A DNA stretch of 64,000 bases from Candidatus Falkowbacteria bacterium (GCA_963774955.1 CAVZGV010000003.1:64771-128770), one strand, 5' to 3'; positions 50,451 through 59,582 are shown, numbered from the stretch's first letter. Notes: generated from the letters alone by a model not told the origin. Made by a program: numbers and translations.

Positions 50451-51560
50451 ATGCAAAACAAAAAATTATTATTATCTTTAGTCTTGGGCCTGTTGCTGCT
50501 AGTCTCAACCGGTTGTATTTCCATTAAAACCGGTGGTCAAACCGGGACAGCCGGAGGCGGTTTTGTCGGCATGTTTAAGTCAAACGACGCTGCGGCCAGC
50601 TGGCGGATGATAAACAATTTAGCCAATGCTCAAGGCAAGCCGCTTTATATCGCTGACGTCAATATCAGTAAAATTATAATGGATCCCAACGATAATCTGG
50701 CTTTGTATCTGGCAACCGATAGGGGCTTATATTATTCTTATGACGGCGGTGAAAGCTGGCAGCAATCTAAATTGCCTGGCAGTGAGACGATTATCAATGA
50801 TGTAGCGGTTGATTATAATAATAAATGCATAATATATGTGGCTACGGGATCATCGATTTATAAATCATATGATTGTTTGCGGGCCTTTGAAAAGGTTTAT
50901 TTTGACACTACTCGTCAGGGCTTGCAGATAACTGATGTTGAAACTGATCATTATGCTGCTAATAAAAATATTGTTTATGCCGCCAATAATAAAGGCGACG
51001 TGCTAAAAAGTGAAGATTACGGTAAAACCTGGCAGTTGAAGCGCAATTTAAATAACAATCCGATTAAAAAGATTCTTATTAATAAAGGCGATTCCAGGAT
51101 AATTTACTTTGCCACTCAAGATATCGGTATTTATAAAACTACGGACGCTGCCAATACCTGGAGTGATGAAAAACCAGAAACAGATATAAATAGGGGCTTG
51201 GATCAATTCGGCGATTCTAAACAATTTCGTTATTTAGTCCAGGATATGACCGAACCGAACACCTTGCTTTTGGCCAGTAAGTTCGGCTTATTAAGGACTA
51301 TTGACGGCGGGATGAAATGGGAAAGCTTGGAATTGGTGACGCCTGATCGTGGCGCCAATATTTACTCCCTGGCCATTGATCCTAAGGACAATAAAGTAAT
51401 TTATTATGGTACTGATACCACGCTATATAAATCAGTAAATAGCGGGGTCAGCTGGGCACCACAAAAGCCGCCTACAATCGGCTGGGTCAATGCTTTATTA
51501 ATTGATCCGCAGGATTCAAAGATTATTTATTTGGGGGGCAAGGCTCTACCCAAAAAATAA
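50451..51560 (+). CDS. Lipoprotein with BNR/Asp-box beta-propeller (YCF48/VPS10-like)
   Basis: Lipobox-like STGC, repeated S.DGG.SW motifs. Confidence 0.85.
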   Translation: MQNKKLLLSLVLGLLLLVSTGCISIKTGGQTGTAGGGFVGMFKSNDAAASWRMINNLANAQGKPLYIADVNISKIIMDPNDNLALYLATDRGLYYSYDGGESWQQSKLPGSETIINDVAVDYNNKCIIYVATGSSIYKSYDCLRAFEKVYFDTTRQGLQITDVETDHYAANKNIVYAANNKGDVLKSEDYGKTWQLKRNLNNNPIKKILINKGDSRIIYFATQDIGIYKTTDAANTWSDEKPETDINRGLDQFGDSKQFRYLVQDMTEPNTLLLASKFGLLRTIDGGMKWESLELVTPDRGANIYSLAIDPKDNKVIYYGTDTTLYKSVNSGVSWAPQKPPTIGWVNALLIDPQDSKIIYLGGKALPKK

Positions 51561-51592
51561 CATTTAACACTTAACATTTAACACTTGACTTT

Positions 51593-52156
51593 ATGGCAGA
51601 CACAAATCAATTTATCAGTAAACATAAACCTGAGTTTGACGCTGTTATTGAACATTTTAAAAAAGAAATTGGCAGTTTGCGTACCGGACGGGCTCAGTCA
51701 GCCTTAGTTGATAATTTATTGGTTGAGGCTTATGGCACCAAGCAGGGTTTAAAACAATTAGCAGGAATCAGTATCCAGGATTCAAAGACTATCAGTATCG
51801 AACCTTGGGATAAGAGCATTATGAAGGATATTGAAAAAGCCATAAGCGCTTCAAATTTGGGTTTGTCTGTTATAAATCTCGGAGGAAAGATTCTGGCCAA
51901 AGTATCGATGATGACGGAAGATACTCGTAAGGAATTGCTGAAAATTTTAGGTAAAATGATGGAAACCTGTAAGATAAATATTCGACAAAGCAGAGACAAA
52001 GTCAAAGAAGAAATTTTAAAAGCCGAAAAGGATAAGGATATTACTCAGGATGACCGTTATCAGTATCTGGCGGACCTGGACAATTATGTGACGGAATTGA
52101 ATAAAAAGGTTGAAGCTATTGCCCAGGAAAAGGAAGAGGAAATTATGACCGTGTAA
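51593..52156 (+). CDS. frr: Ribosome recycling factor
   Basis: LRTGRA, VEAYG, IEPWDK, KEEEIM. Confidence 0.95.
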   Translation: MADTNQFISKHKPEFDAVIEHFKKEIGSLRTGRAQSALVDNLLVEAYGTKQGLKQLAGISIQDSKTISIEPWDKSIMKDIEKAISASNLGLSVINLGGKILAKVSMMTEDTRKELLKILGKMMETCKINIRQSRDKVKEEILKAEKDKDITQDDRYQYLADLDNYVTELNKKVEAIAQEKEEEIMTV

Positions 52157-52248
52157 GAACCACTGATTTTTAACACAGAGCACACAGATTTTGAGGCAGC
52201 TATTTGCAGTAAATAATTTTTTGGGGTAATATTCATAACAGATAATAT

Positions 52249-52410
52249 ACAGCCTTGATCAGGGGTTTGGCTCCCTGGGAGCTGTGAATATATGAGGTGT
52301 CCTCCTTCGCTAAAGCTTCGGAGGAAACTTGGGTGGAACCGCCCTAAATAAAAAGGGGTCCCAAGATGGCAAGGTATTGTTGTATTTGCCGTTTCGGGAC
52401 TCTTTTTGTT
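52249..52410 (+). promoter_or_regulatory. Glycine T-box riboswitch with very short stem I, upstream of glyQS
   Basis: K-turn-like GCCTTGA/GGAGC, loop GGC at 52269-52271, T-box TTGGGTGGAACCGC at 52329-52342, antiterminator partner GTCCCAA, terminator 52358-52410; promoter TTGCAG(52204)-17-TAATAT. Confidence 0.75.
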
Positions 52411-52438
52411 TAAAAAATAATAAATAACTAATAAGTTT

Positions 52439-53932
52439 ATGAAAAAACAAGAATCCTCCTCCGCTAAAGCTACGGTGGATAAGTCAAATTCCTTGGAAAA
52501 GATCGTATCTTTTTGCAAACGTAGGGGATTTATTTATCCGTCATCTGAAATTTATGGGGGCTTGGGCGCTATTTATGATTACGGACATTATGGAGTTTTA
52601 TTAAAAAATAATATCCGTGATGCCTGGTGGCGCCATATGGTGCAGCTGCGCGAAGATGTGTTGGGTTTAGACAGCGCTATTTTTATGCATCCGCAAACCT
52701 GGGTGGCTTCAGGCCATGTGGCTGGTTTTAACGACCCGCAGATTGACTGTAAACAATGTAAAAATCGTTTTCGCGCTGATCATTTATTGGAAGAATATGG
52801 TATCAATATGGATAAAGCGTCCATTGAAGATATTAATAAGGCGCTGGATGAAGTCAGAGCCAGCGGTAAATTAAAATGTCCGGTTTGCGGTTCTAAAGAT
52901 TTAACCGAGGCAAAAGTTTTTTCGCTGATGGTCAAATCCAATTTGGGTTCTCCAACTGAAGCTTTGACTGAAGATAATGTCGTCTATTTAAGACCGGAAA
53001 CCTGCGGCGGCATTTATCTGGAATATAAAAATGTGGTGGATACTTTGCATCCCAAATTGCCTTTTGGCATTGCTCAGGTCGGTAAAGCCTTTAGAAATGA
53101 GATAATAACGCGTCAGTTTATTTTCCGTACTAGAGAATTTGAGCAGATGGAACTGCAGTATTTTTTAAAGTCGGAAATGATGGAAGAAAAATATGAAATG
53201 TGGAAAAATCTGCGCTGGGATTGGTATCTGGAATATGGTATTTCCAAAGATAAGATCCGCTGGTATAAACATGAAAAACTGGCGCATTATGCCAGTCAGG
53301 CTTATGATATTGAATTTGATTTTCAGTCTTTGGGCGGTTTTAAGGAAGTCGAAGGTATTCATGCCCGCGGTGACTGGGATTTATCTCAGCATGCTAAATC
53401 TTCAGGCGCGGATTTGACTTATTTTGACGATGAAACTAAGGAAAAAATAATTCCTCATATTATGGAGACTTCTGTCGGTTTAAATCGTTTATTACTAATG
53501 TTTTTGGATAATGCCTATCATGAAGAAGAAGTTGAACCCTCCTCCGCTGAAGCTTCCTCCTCCGCTAATGCTTCGGAGGACAAGTCGGAGGGCAGGGGTG
53601 AACAGAGAGTGGTTTTGAAAATTGATAAGCGCTTGGCTCCGGTGAAAATTGCTATTTTCCCGCTTTTGAAAAATAAGCCTAACTTAGTGGCTAAAGCCAG
53701 GGAGATTTATATTAATTTGCGCCAGAATTATTTCTGTGAATTTGATGATAACGGCAATATTGGTAAGCGTTACCGCCGTCAGGATGAAATCGGCACTCCG
53801 TATTGTGTTACGGTTGATTTTGAGACTCTGGAAAAGGATGATAGCGTCACTGTCAGAGACAGAGACACTATGAAACAGGAAAGAATAAAAATTGAAGCTC
53901 TGGGTGAATATTTTAGGGAAAAATTAGTTTAG
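52439..53932 (+). CDS. glyQS: Glycine-tRNA ligase (alpha2, class IIa)
   Basis: KRRGFIYPSSEIYGG, YLRPET, GKAFRNEI, FRTREFEQME, IGKRYRRQDEIGTP. Confidence 0.97.
   Translation: MKKQESSSAKATVDKSNSLEKIVSFCKRRGFIYPSSEIYGGLGAIYDYGHYGVLLKNNIRDAWWRHMVQLREDVLGLDSAIFMHPQTWVASGHVAGFNDPQIDCKQCKNRFRADHLLEEYGINMDKASIEDINKALDEVRASGKLKCPVCGSKDLTEAKVFSLMVKSNLGSPTEALTEDNVVYLRPETCGGIYLEYKNVVDTLHPKLPFGIAQVGKAFRNEIITRQFIFRTREFEQMELQYFLKSEMMEEKYEMWKNLRWDWYLEYGISKDKIRWYKHEKLAHYASQAYDIEFDFQSLGGFKEVEGIHARGDWDLSQHAKSSGADLTYFDDETKEKIIPHIMETSVGLNRLLLMFLDNAYHEEEVEPSSAEASSSANASEDKSEGRGEQRVVLKIDKRLAPVKIAIFPLLKNKPNLVAKAREIYINLRQNYFCEFDDNGNIGKRYRRQDEIGTPYCVTVDFETLEKDDSVTVRDRDTMKQERIKIEALGEYFREKLV
53537..53596 (+). repeat. 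Nested pair of 30-bp palindromic elements in frame within glyQS
   Basis: CCCTCCTCCGCTGAAGCT[TCCTCCTCCGCTAATGCTTCGGAGGACAAG]TCGGAGGGCAGG. Confidence 0.85.
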
Positions 53933-53979
53933 AATAAGATAAGAAAACCCCTCCGCGCTGCGGAGGGGTTTTAAGTTGT

Positions 53980-55197
53980 TTATTTTTGCCGATAGTTTGA
54001 TAAGAAGTCACCCAAACGTGTGATAGCTTCTTTGAGCTCATCGGCATGAGGCAGAAAAACCAGCCGAAAGTGGTCAGGTTGGGCCCAATTAAAGCCTTTG
54101 CCGGTAACAAGCAGTACATGTTTTTCCCTTAAGAAATCGAGTAGGAATTTTTCATCACTGGTGATGTTGAATTTCTGAATGTCGATTTTGGGAAAAAGAT
54201 ACAAGGCGCTTTGAGGCTTAACACAGCTGAGACCGTCAATTTGAGTGATCATGTCGTAAGCCAAGTCACGTTGTACTCGCAGGCGGCCGCCTTCTTTGGT
54301 CAGGTCGTTGATTGATTGATAACCTCCCAATGATGTCTGAATCGCCATCTGACCTGGGACATTGCTGCACAGGCGCATATTGCAAAGCAGGTTGATGCCT
54401 TCGATGTAATCCTTGGCGGCGGCAGTATTGCCTGAAAGCACCATCCAGCCGGCACGGAAGCCGGGCAGGCGGTAAGCTTTGGACAGACCATTGAAAGTCA
54501 CAAAAAGCACATCATCAGCCAGTGAGGCAATGGCAACGCTTTGGACATTGTCATAGCAGATTTTGTCATAGATCTCGTCCGAGTAGATGATCAGATGATG
54601 TTCCTGGGCGAGTTTGACGATCTGCTCTAAAATTTCCCGGGGATAAACCGCCCCGGTAGGATTGTTAAAAGGAATCACGACAATACCTTTGGTCTTGCTC
54701 GTAATTTTCTTTTTCATATCCTCAATGTCCGGTAGCCAGCCCGCCTGTTCATCACAAAGATAATGAACAGGTTTGCCGCCGGCGAATTTTACCGCTGCAG
54801 TCCATAACGGATAGTCAGGTGCAGGTATCAGCATCTCATCGCCCTTATTGAGGAGGGCGTCACAGGCAATGCGGATTAGGCCGGAGACGCCGTCGCCAGT
54901 GAAAATGTTCTCGAGATTCAGGTTGAGAAAACCTTTTAGCTGGCATTCCTGCATGATGGCTTTACGGGCGCTGAAAATACCCTTGGATTCGCTGTAGCCT
55001 TCAGCCTGCCTGAGGTTTTGGATCACATCAGCGATAATTTCATCAGGCGCGTCAAAGCCAAAGGGCTTGGTATTGCCGATATTGAGCTTGATGACTTTTA
55101 CGCCCTGATCTTCGAGGCGTTTGGCCTCGTCGTGCAAAGGTCCGCGGATGTCATAAAGTACACCGTCAAATTTGCGAGCTTTTTGATATGAAGACAT
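53980..55197 (-). CDS. alaA: Class I/II PLP aminotransferase, AlaA-like
   Basis: LYDIRGP, KLNIGN, PDYPLWTAA, NNPTG, SDEIYDK, LSKAYR.PGFRAGW. Confidence 0.88.
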   Translation of the reverse strand: MSSYQKARKFDGVLYDIRGPLHDEAKRLEDQGVKVIKLNIGNTKPFGFDAPDEIIADVIQNLRQAEGYSESKGIFSARKAIMQECQLKGFLNLNLENIFTGDGVSGLIRIACDALLNKGDEMLIPAPDYPLWTAAVKFAGGKPVHYLCDEQAGWLPDIEDMKKKITSKTKGIVVIPFNNPTGAVYPREILEQIVKLAQEHHLIIYSDEIYDKICYDNVQSVAIASLADDVLFVTFNGLSKAYRLPGFRAGWMVLSGNTAAAKDYIEGINLLCNMRLCSNVPGQMAIQTSLGGYQSINDLTKEGGRLRVQRDLAYDMITQIDGLSCVKPQSALYLFPKIDIQKFNITSDEKFLLDFLREKHVLLVTGKGFNWAQPDHFRLVFLPHADELKEAITRLGDFLSNYRQK

Positions 55198-55338
55198 TAT
55201 GGTTCCTCCTTGTTTATGAATGAACTATTTACCTAATTTAACAGAAAATATAGAAGTTGTCAACTATTTGTAATAGTTGGGTAAACTATGATAAAATATG
55301 AGTAGTTGGATCACTAATTTTTATTAACTTATAGTACT

Positions 55339-55536
55339 ATGTGCGTAAAAATTGTAGAATTAATTGGCTGTTCAAGTAAAAGCTTTGAAGATGCTATTAG
55401 CGACGGTGTAAAACGCGCCGGCAAGACTATCCGGGGCATAACCGGAGTCGATGTTATTGGACAGACAGCTAGAGTCGAGGATAATAAAATTGTTGAGTAC
55501 CATGTTAATATGAAAGTCGCCTTCAAGGTGGAATAA
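55339..55536 (+). CDS. Dodecin family flavin-binding protein
   Basis: KIVELIGCS..SFEDAI..EYHVNMKVAF. Confidence 0.88.
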   Translation: MCVKIVELIGCSSKSFEDAISDGVKRAGKTIRGITGVDVIGQTARVEDNKIVEYHVNMKVAFKVE

Positions 55537-55581
55537 TTAATAAGAGCTAATGGCCAATAGCCAATGGCGTAAAGTTTCTTT

Positions 55582-56859
55582 ATGTTTCAAAAAATTGTTT
55601 TAAAAAACGGATTGCCGGTTATTCTGGCGCCAAAAAAAGAGAGTAAATCAGTGGCTGTTTTTTTAATTTATAGGGTCGGGTCCCGTTATGAAAAATCTGA
55701 TAAAATTTTTGGTATTTCCCATTTCGTGGAACATTTGATGTTTAAGGGCACAAAAAAGAGGCCGTCTACCCTGGAGATTTCCAAAGAACTTGATAGCATT
55801 GGCGCTGATTATAATGCCTATACTGCCAAAGATCATACGGCCTATCATATAAAGGTAAATGCGGAAAATTTTGGTTTAGCCTGTGATATTTTGTCTGATA
55901 TGCTGTATGATTCAGTCTTTGATAAGGCTAAGCTGGAACACGAAAAAGGGGTGATTCTTGAGGAAATTAAAATGTATGAAGATCAGCCGATTCAATACGC
56001 GGAAATGTTATTTGAGGAACAAATTTTTAGCGGCACGGATCTGGAGCATAATATCGCCGGCACCAGAGCTTCTGTCCAAGGTATCAGCAGACACGATATA
56101 ATTGAATATCTGGAGAACTTTTATTCTCCGCAAAATGCGATTTTGGTTGTGGCCGGTAAGATTGATAAAAATATTAACAAGACTCTGGATAAATATTTTG
56201 TTCGACCAGGTTTCGGTAAGAATTTTAAAGCCAAGGCTGAATTTAAGAAGTTGGTGGTTAAGCAGAAAACGGCCAAGGTAATATTGAATTATAAAAAAAC
56301 AAATCAGGCTCATATTGCCTTGGGTTTTCCAGCTTATTCATATTTTGATCCCAAAGTTTATGCTTTTTATCTTTTGGCCACTATCTTGGGCGGTAATATG
56401 AGCTCTCGTTTATTTATAGATGTCAGGGAAAAACAAGGTTTATGTTATTATATCCGCGCTCAGGCCGATGTCTATGAGGATACCGGAGATTTATTGATTC
56501 GGGCCGGGCTAGACGTTAACAAAGTGGAAAAAGGCCTGAGAATTATTGCTAAAGATTTAAAAGACATAAAAGCAAAGGGGATTACCAATGAAGAGTTATT
56601 AAAGGCCAAGAAGTTTTTAAAAGGTAGGCTGACTTTACAATTAGAAGAGCTCAATGACTTGGCGGAATTTTACGGCCGGGAATTTTTACTCGCTGATCAG
56701 TTGCTAACTCCGGAACAGAAAATCAATAAGATTTTAAAAGTTACCAGACAGGAAGTTAATCAGGTGGCTAAGGAAATATTGAATAAGCAGAAACTGAATT
56801 TTGCCATGGTCAGTCCGTTTAAGGATAAAAATAAATATTTAAAGATTTTAAAGATATGA
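55582..56859 (+). CDS. M16 family zinc peptidase
   Basis: HFVEH inverted motif, NAYT, GGNMSSRLF..VRE..GL.Y. Confidence 0.93.
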   Translation: MFQKIVLKNGLPVILAPKKESKSVAVFLIYRVGSRYEKSDKIFGISHFVEHLMFKGTKKRPSTLEISKELDSIGADYNAYTAKDHTAYHIKVNAENFGLACDILSDMLYDSVFDKAKLEHEKGVILEEIKMYEDQPIQYAEMLFEEQIFSGTDLEHNIAGTRASVQGISRHDIIEYLENFYSPQNAILVVAGKIDKNINKTLDKYFVRPGFGKNFKAKAEFKKLVVKQKTAKVILNYKKTNQAHIALGFPAYSYFDPKVYAFYLLATILGGNMSSRLFIDVREKQGLCYYIRAQADVYEDTGDLLIRAGLDVNKVEKGLRIIAKDLKDIKAKGITNEELLKAKKFLKGRLTLQLEELNDLAEFYGREFLLADQLLTPEQKINKILKVTRQEVNQVAKEILNKQKLNFAMVSPFKDKNKYLKILKI

Positions 56860-57581
56860 AAATCCTTATTGCCAATTGGAAAATGAATCTTTCTGTTAAT
56901 GAAAGTATCAGGTATGTAAAAGCCTTGAAAAAAAGTAAAGCCGAAGTGGTTATCGCGGCCCCTTTTACTTTTTTGGCTGATTTGAAAAAGAATATCGGTA
57001 ATAAAAAAATAAAATTAGCTGCGCAGGATGTTTCCCAATTTGAAGTCGGCGCTTATACGGGGGAAGTTTCAGCTAAGATGCTCAAGGAAGCCGGCTGTTC
57101 ATATTGTCTGGTCGGCCATTCAGAACGTCGTATCTATTTTCAAGAAACCGATGCCCAAGTTAATCAGAAAATAAAAAATTTGCTACAGTATAAAATTACC
57201 CCCATAATTTGTATCGGTGAAAATGCCGAGCAAAAGCAAAAAGGCCTGACTAAGCAGGTCATTAAAAAACAACTTTTAGCGGCGTTAGCCGGGATTAAAA
57301 ATACGTCCTTGATAATTGCTTATGAGCCGATTTGGGCTATTTCCACCTTTCAAAAAGGAAAAGTTATAAAAAGCGCCGGAATTTTTGATATTATTGCGGT
57401 TCATAATTATATTAGGAGTTTATTACCGGGAAAATCCCGTCAAATCAGGATTATTTATGGGGGGACTGTTAAACCTGAAAATAGCCAGGCAATTTTCAGC
57501 CTCAAAGAAGTTGAAGGTGCCTTGGTAGGCGGAGCCAGCTTGAAAGTTTCCAGCTTTAATGATATAATCCATATTACTTAA
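56856..57581 (+). CDS. tpiA: Triosephosphate isomerase
   Basis: ANWKMN, GAYTGE, GHSERR, AYEPIWAI, LVGGASL. Confidence 0.95.
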   Translation: MKILIANWKMNLSVNESIRYVKALKKSKAEVVIAAPFTFLADLKKNIGNKKIKLAAQDVSQFEVGAYTGEVSAKMLKEAGCSYCLVGHSERRIYFQETDAQVNQKIKNLLQYKITPIICIGENAEQKQKGLTKQVIKKQLLAALAGIKNTSLIIAYEPIWAISTFQKGKVIKSAGIFDIIAVHNYIRSLLPGKSRQIRIIYGGTVKPENSQAIFSLKEVEGALVGGASLKVSSFNDIIHIT

Positions 57582-57583
57582 TT

Positions 57584-58375
57584 ATGTATAATATATTACC
57601 TTTGATCATAATTTTGATTTGCCTGGCTGTCATTTTGGCCATTGTTTTTAAGAAACTGCCTCTTTTGGCTGTTTTTGATGTTAATGCTTTGCCTGAAGAA
57701 AAAGAAGCGGAAACAAAAAATAAAATTATGGAAGAAAGGCTGAATAGAAGATTGAAGTTGTTAGGCGAAAAAATTAAGCCTTTTTGGCGGCTTTTTACTA
57801 ATTTTTTCCAGCGTAAATTAAAAGCCTCAAAAGAAAGAATATCCAAATTGGAAGAAAAATATCAGGCTAAAGCTAAGCCGGAATCATTGATAACCAAGAA
57901 AGAGTTTGAAACTAATGAGAAGAAGATAGCTAGATTGCTTCAGGATGCTGAGAATTTGGCTAAAGCAGAGGATTATACTTCTGCTGAAAATAAGTACATT
58001 GAAATTTTAGGTTTGGAGGCAAAAAATATCGACGCTTATCGCGGTTTAGGCGACCTCTATCTTTTACAAAAACAATTTCAGAACGCAATTCAAACATTTA
58101 AGCATATTATTAAACTGGACAAAAACGACAGCCTGGCATATTTTGAATTGGCTGAAGTTTTCATGAGGCTGGAAGATTATGATAATGCTTTAAATAATTT
58201 GAATAAAGCCTTGGAAATTGAGCCTGTAAACCCGAAATACCTTGACCTTTTGCTCACAATTAGTATAATTATAAAAAACAAGGAAATGGCCAAAGAGGGC
58301 TTAACCAGGTTAAAGGCAATAAACCCCGAAAATGCCAAAATTGAGGAATTTGAGGCAAAGATTCGTGAAATCTAG
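57584..58375 (+). CDS. Membrane-anchored TPR protein
   Basis: N-terminal TM, coiled coil, three to four TPR-like repeats. Confidence 0.8.
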   Translation: MYNILPLIIILICLAVILAIVFKKLPLLAVFDVNALPEEKEAETKNKIMEERLNRRLKLLGEKIKPFWRLFTNFFQRKLKASKERISKLEEKYQAKAKPESLITKKEFETNEKKIARLLQDAENLAKAEDYTSAENKYIEILGLEAKNIDAYRGLGDLYLLQKQFQNAIQTFKHIIKLDKNDSLAYFELAEVFMRLEDYDNALNNLNKALEIEPVNPKYLDLLLTISIIIKNKEMAKEGLTRLKAINPENAKIEEFEAKIREI

Positions 58376-58647
58376 GGATATTAAATATTTGAAGTTAAAT
58401 CGATTAAGACGATTTTTTTATTTAAGGAGAAAAATGGCCTAGGGCTTTGGCTTTAAGCCATTAAATGAAGTTCACGGACGGTCTACCAACTTCGCTTCCA
58501 GAAGTTACACGGATGGTCCTTGAATACTGGCCGTTGTATCCTTCGACTCGCTTCGCTCGCTCAGGACTTCGGCTCTTACGATATTAAAGAGATTATGGAC
58601 GGTCTACCAACTTCGCTCTCAGAAGTTACGGTCAGTCCGTAATATAC

Positions 58648-58720
58648 GCCGTTGTAGCTCAGTTGGTAGAGCAACTCCATGGTAAGGAGTAGGTCCGCGG
58701 TTCAAATCCGCGCAACGGCT
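58648..58720 (+). tRNA. tRNA-Thr(GGT)
   Basis: GCCGTTG acceptor, ACTCC-AT-GGT-AA-GGAGT, GGTTCAAATCC. Confidence 0.95.
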
Positions 58721-58801
58721 CACGGATATGTAATTAGAAATTCTGAATTAAATATGGACAATAATTTTGCTTTTTAATTTTTGATTTTTTATTTTAAAAA
58801 T

Positions 58802-58884
58802 GGGTCGGTACCAAAGCGGTCAAATGGGGCAGACTGTAAATCTGCTGGCTTACGCCTTCGGAGGTTCGATCCCTCCCCGGCCCA
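58802..58884 (+). tRNA. tRNA-Tyr(GTA)
   Basis: GCAGA-CT-GTA-AA-TCTGC, long variable arm. Confidence 0.95.
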
Positions 58885-58965
58885 CCCTTCGACTCGCCTT
58901 GCTCGCTCAGGGCAGGCCTTGAAGTAGTCTTTAAAAGGCTTTTTGTTCTTTCGATATTTGTAAAT

Positions 58966-59038
58966 GCCGGAATAGCTCAGTTGGTAGAGCAGCTGTTTTG
59001 TAAACAGCAGGTCGTGGGTTCGAGCCCCTCTTCCGGCT
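58966..59038 (+). tRNA. tRNA-Thr(TGT)
   Basis: GCTGT-TT-TGT-AA-ACAGC; one T-stem mismatch. Confidence 0.92.
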
Positions 59039-59071
59039 CAGATAATTAATAACTAATAACGATAAAATAGT

Positions 59072-59227
59072 ATGTCTCAAGACAATCTAATCAAACTGGA
59101 ATGTACTGTCTGTAAAAAGACCAATTATTATTCTCAAAAGAATAAAAAAATCATTAAGGAAAGATTACAGCTAAAAAAGTATTGCCGTCATTGCAAAAAA
59201 CATAGTTTGCATAAAGAAACTAAGTAG
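59072..59227 (+). CDS. rpmG: 50S ribosomal protein L33 (Zn-binding form), absent from the ORF track
   Basis: [51 protein letters not shown]. Confidence 0.95.
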   Translation: MSQDNLIKLECTVCKKTNYYSQKNKKIIKERLQLKKYCRHCKKHSLHKETK

Positions 59228-59294
59228 ATAGTCAGGAAAAGGGCCGCTATAGTAGGGCCTTTTTCTGTTAACAGTCAAAAAAAGGAGGTGGCAG

Positions 59295-59582
59295 ATGGAG
59301 CGTGAAGACGGCTGGGAAGGGGACTTGATTATGGTGCTTTTAGTCGTTGGGAATGGAAATGAACGCAGAGTTCTGATTAGAACAGATCGGGGTAAGTATG
59401 AAGTGCCTTTATCTGATTTGACAGTGTCTCAGGCCAGCAGTGAATATTGTATGCCGTTATATGATCCGTTGAAAAAGATGATTCTAATCGGCTGGGAGAC
59501 GGAAACGCATGTTTCTAACGGCAAGGAGCGACGCTTGGTGGAAAAAGTAGGCCTTATTGCCTTGGCTCAGCAAGCGGCTTAA
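59295..59582 (+). CDS. Hypothetical protein
   Basis: AAGGAGGT SD, terminator-like hairpin after stop. Confidence 0.6.
   Translation: MEREDGWEGDLIMVLLVVGNGNERRVLIRTDRGKYEVPLSDLTVSQASSEYCMPLYDPLKKMILIGWETETHVSNGKERRLVEKVGLIALAQQAA

Noticed and set aside
58476-58629. 33-bp direct repeats as a CRISPR array
   Set aside because: Only two copies, an 88-nt spacer containing another repeat, and no cas genes in the window.
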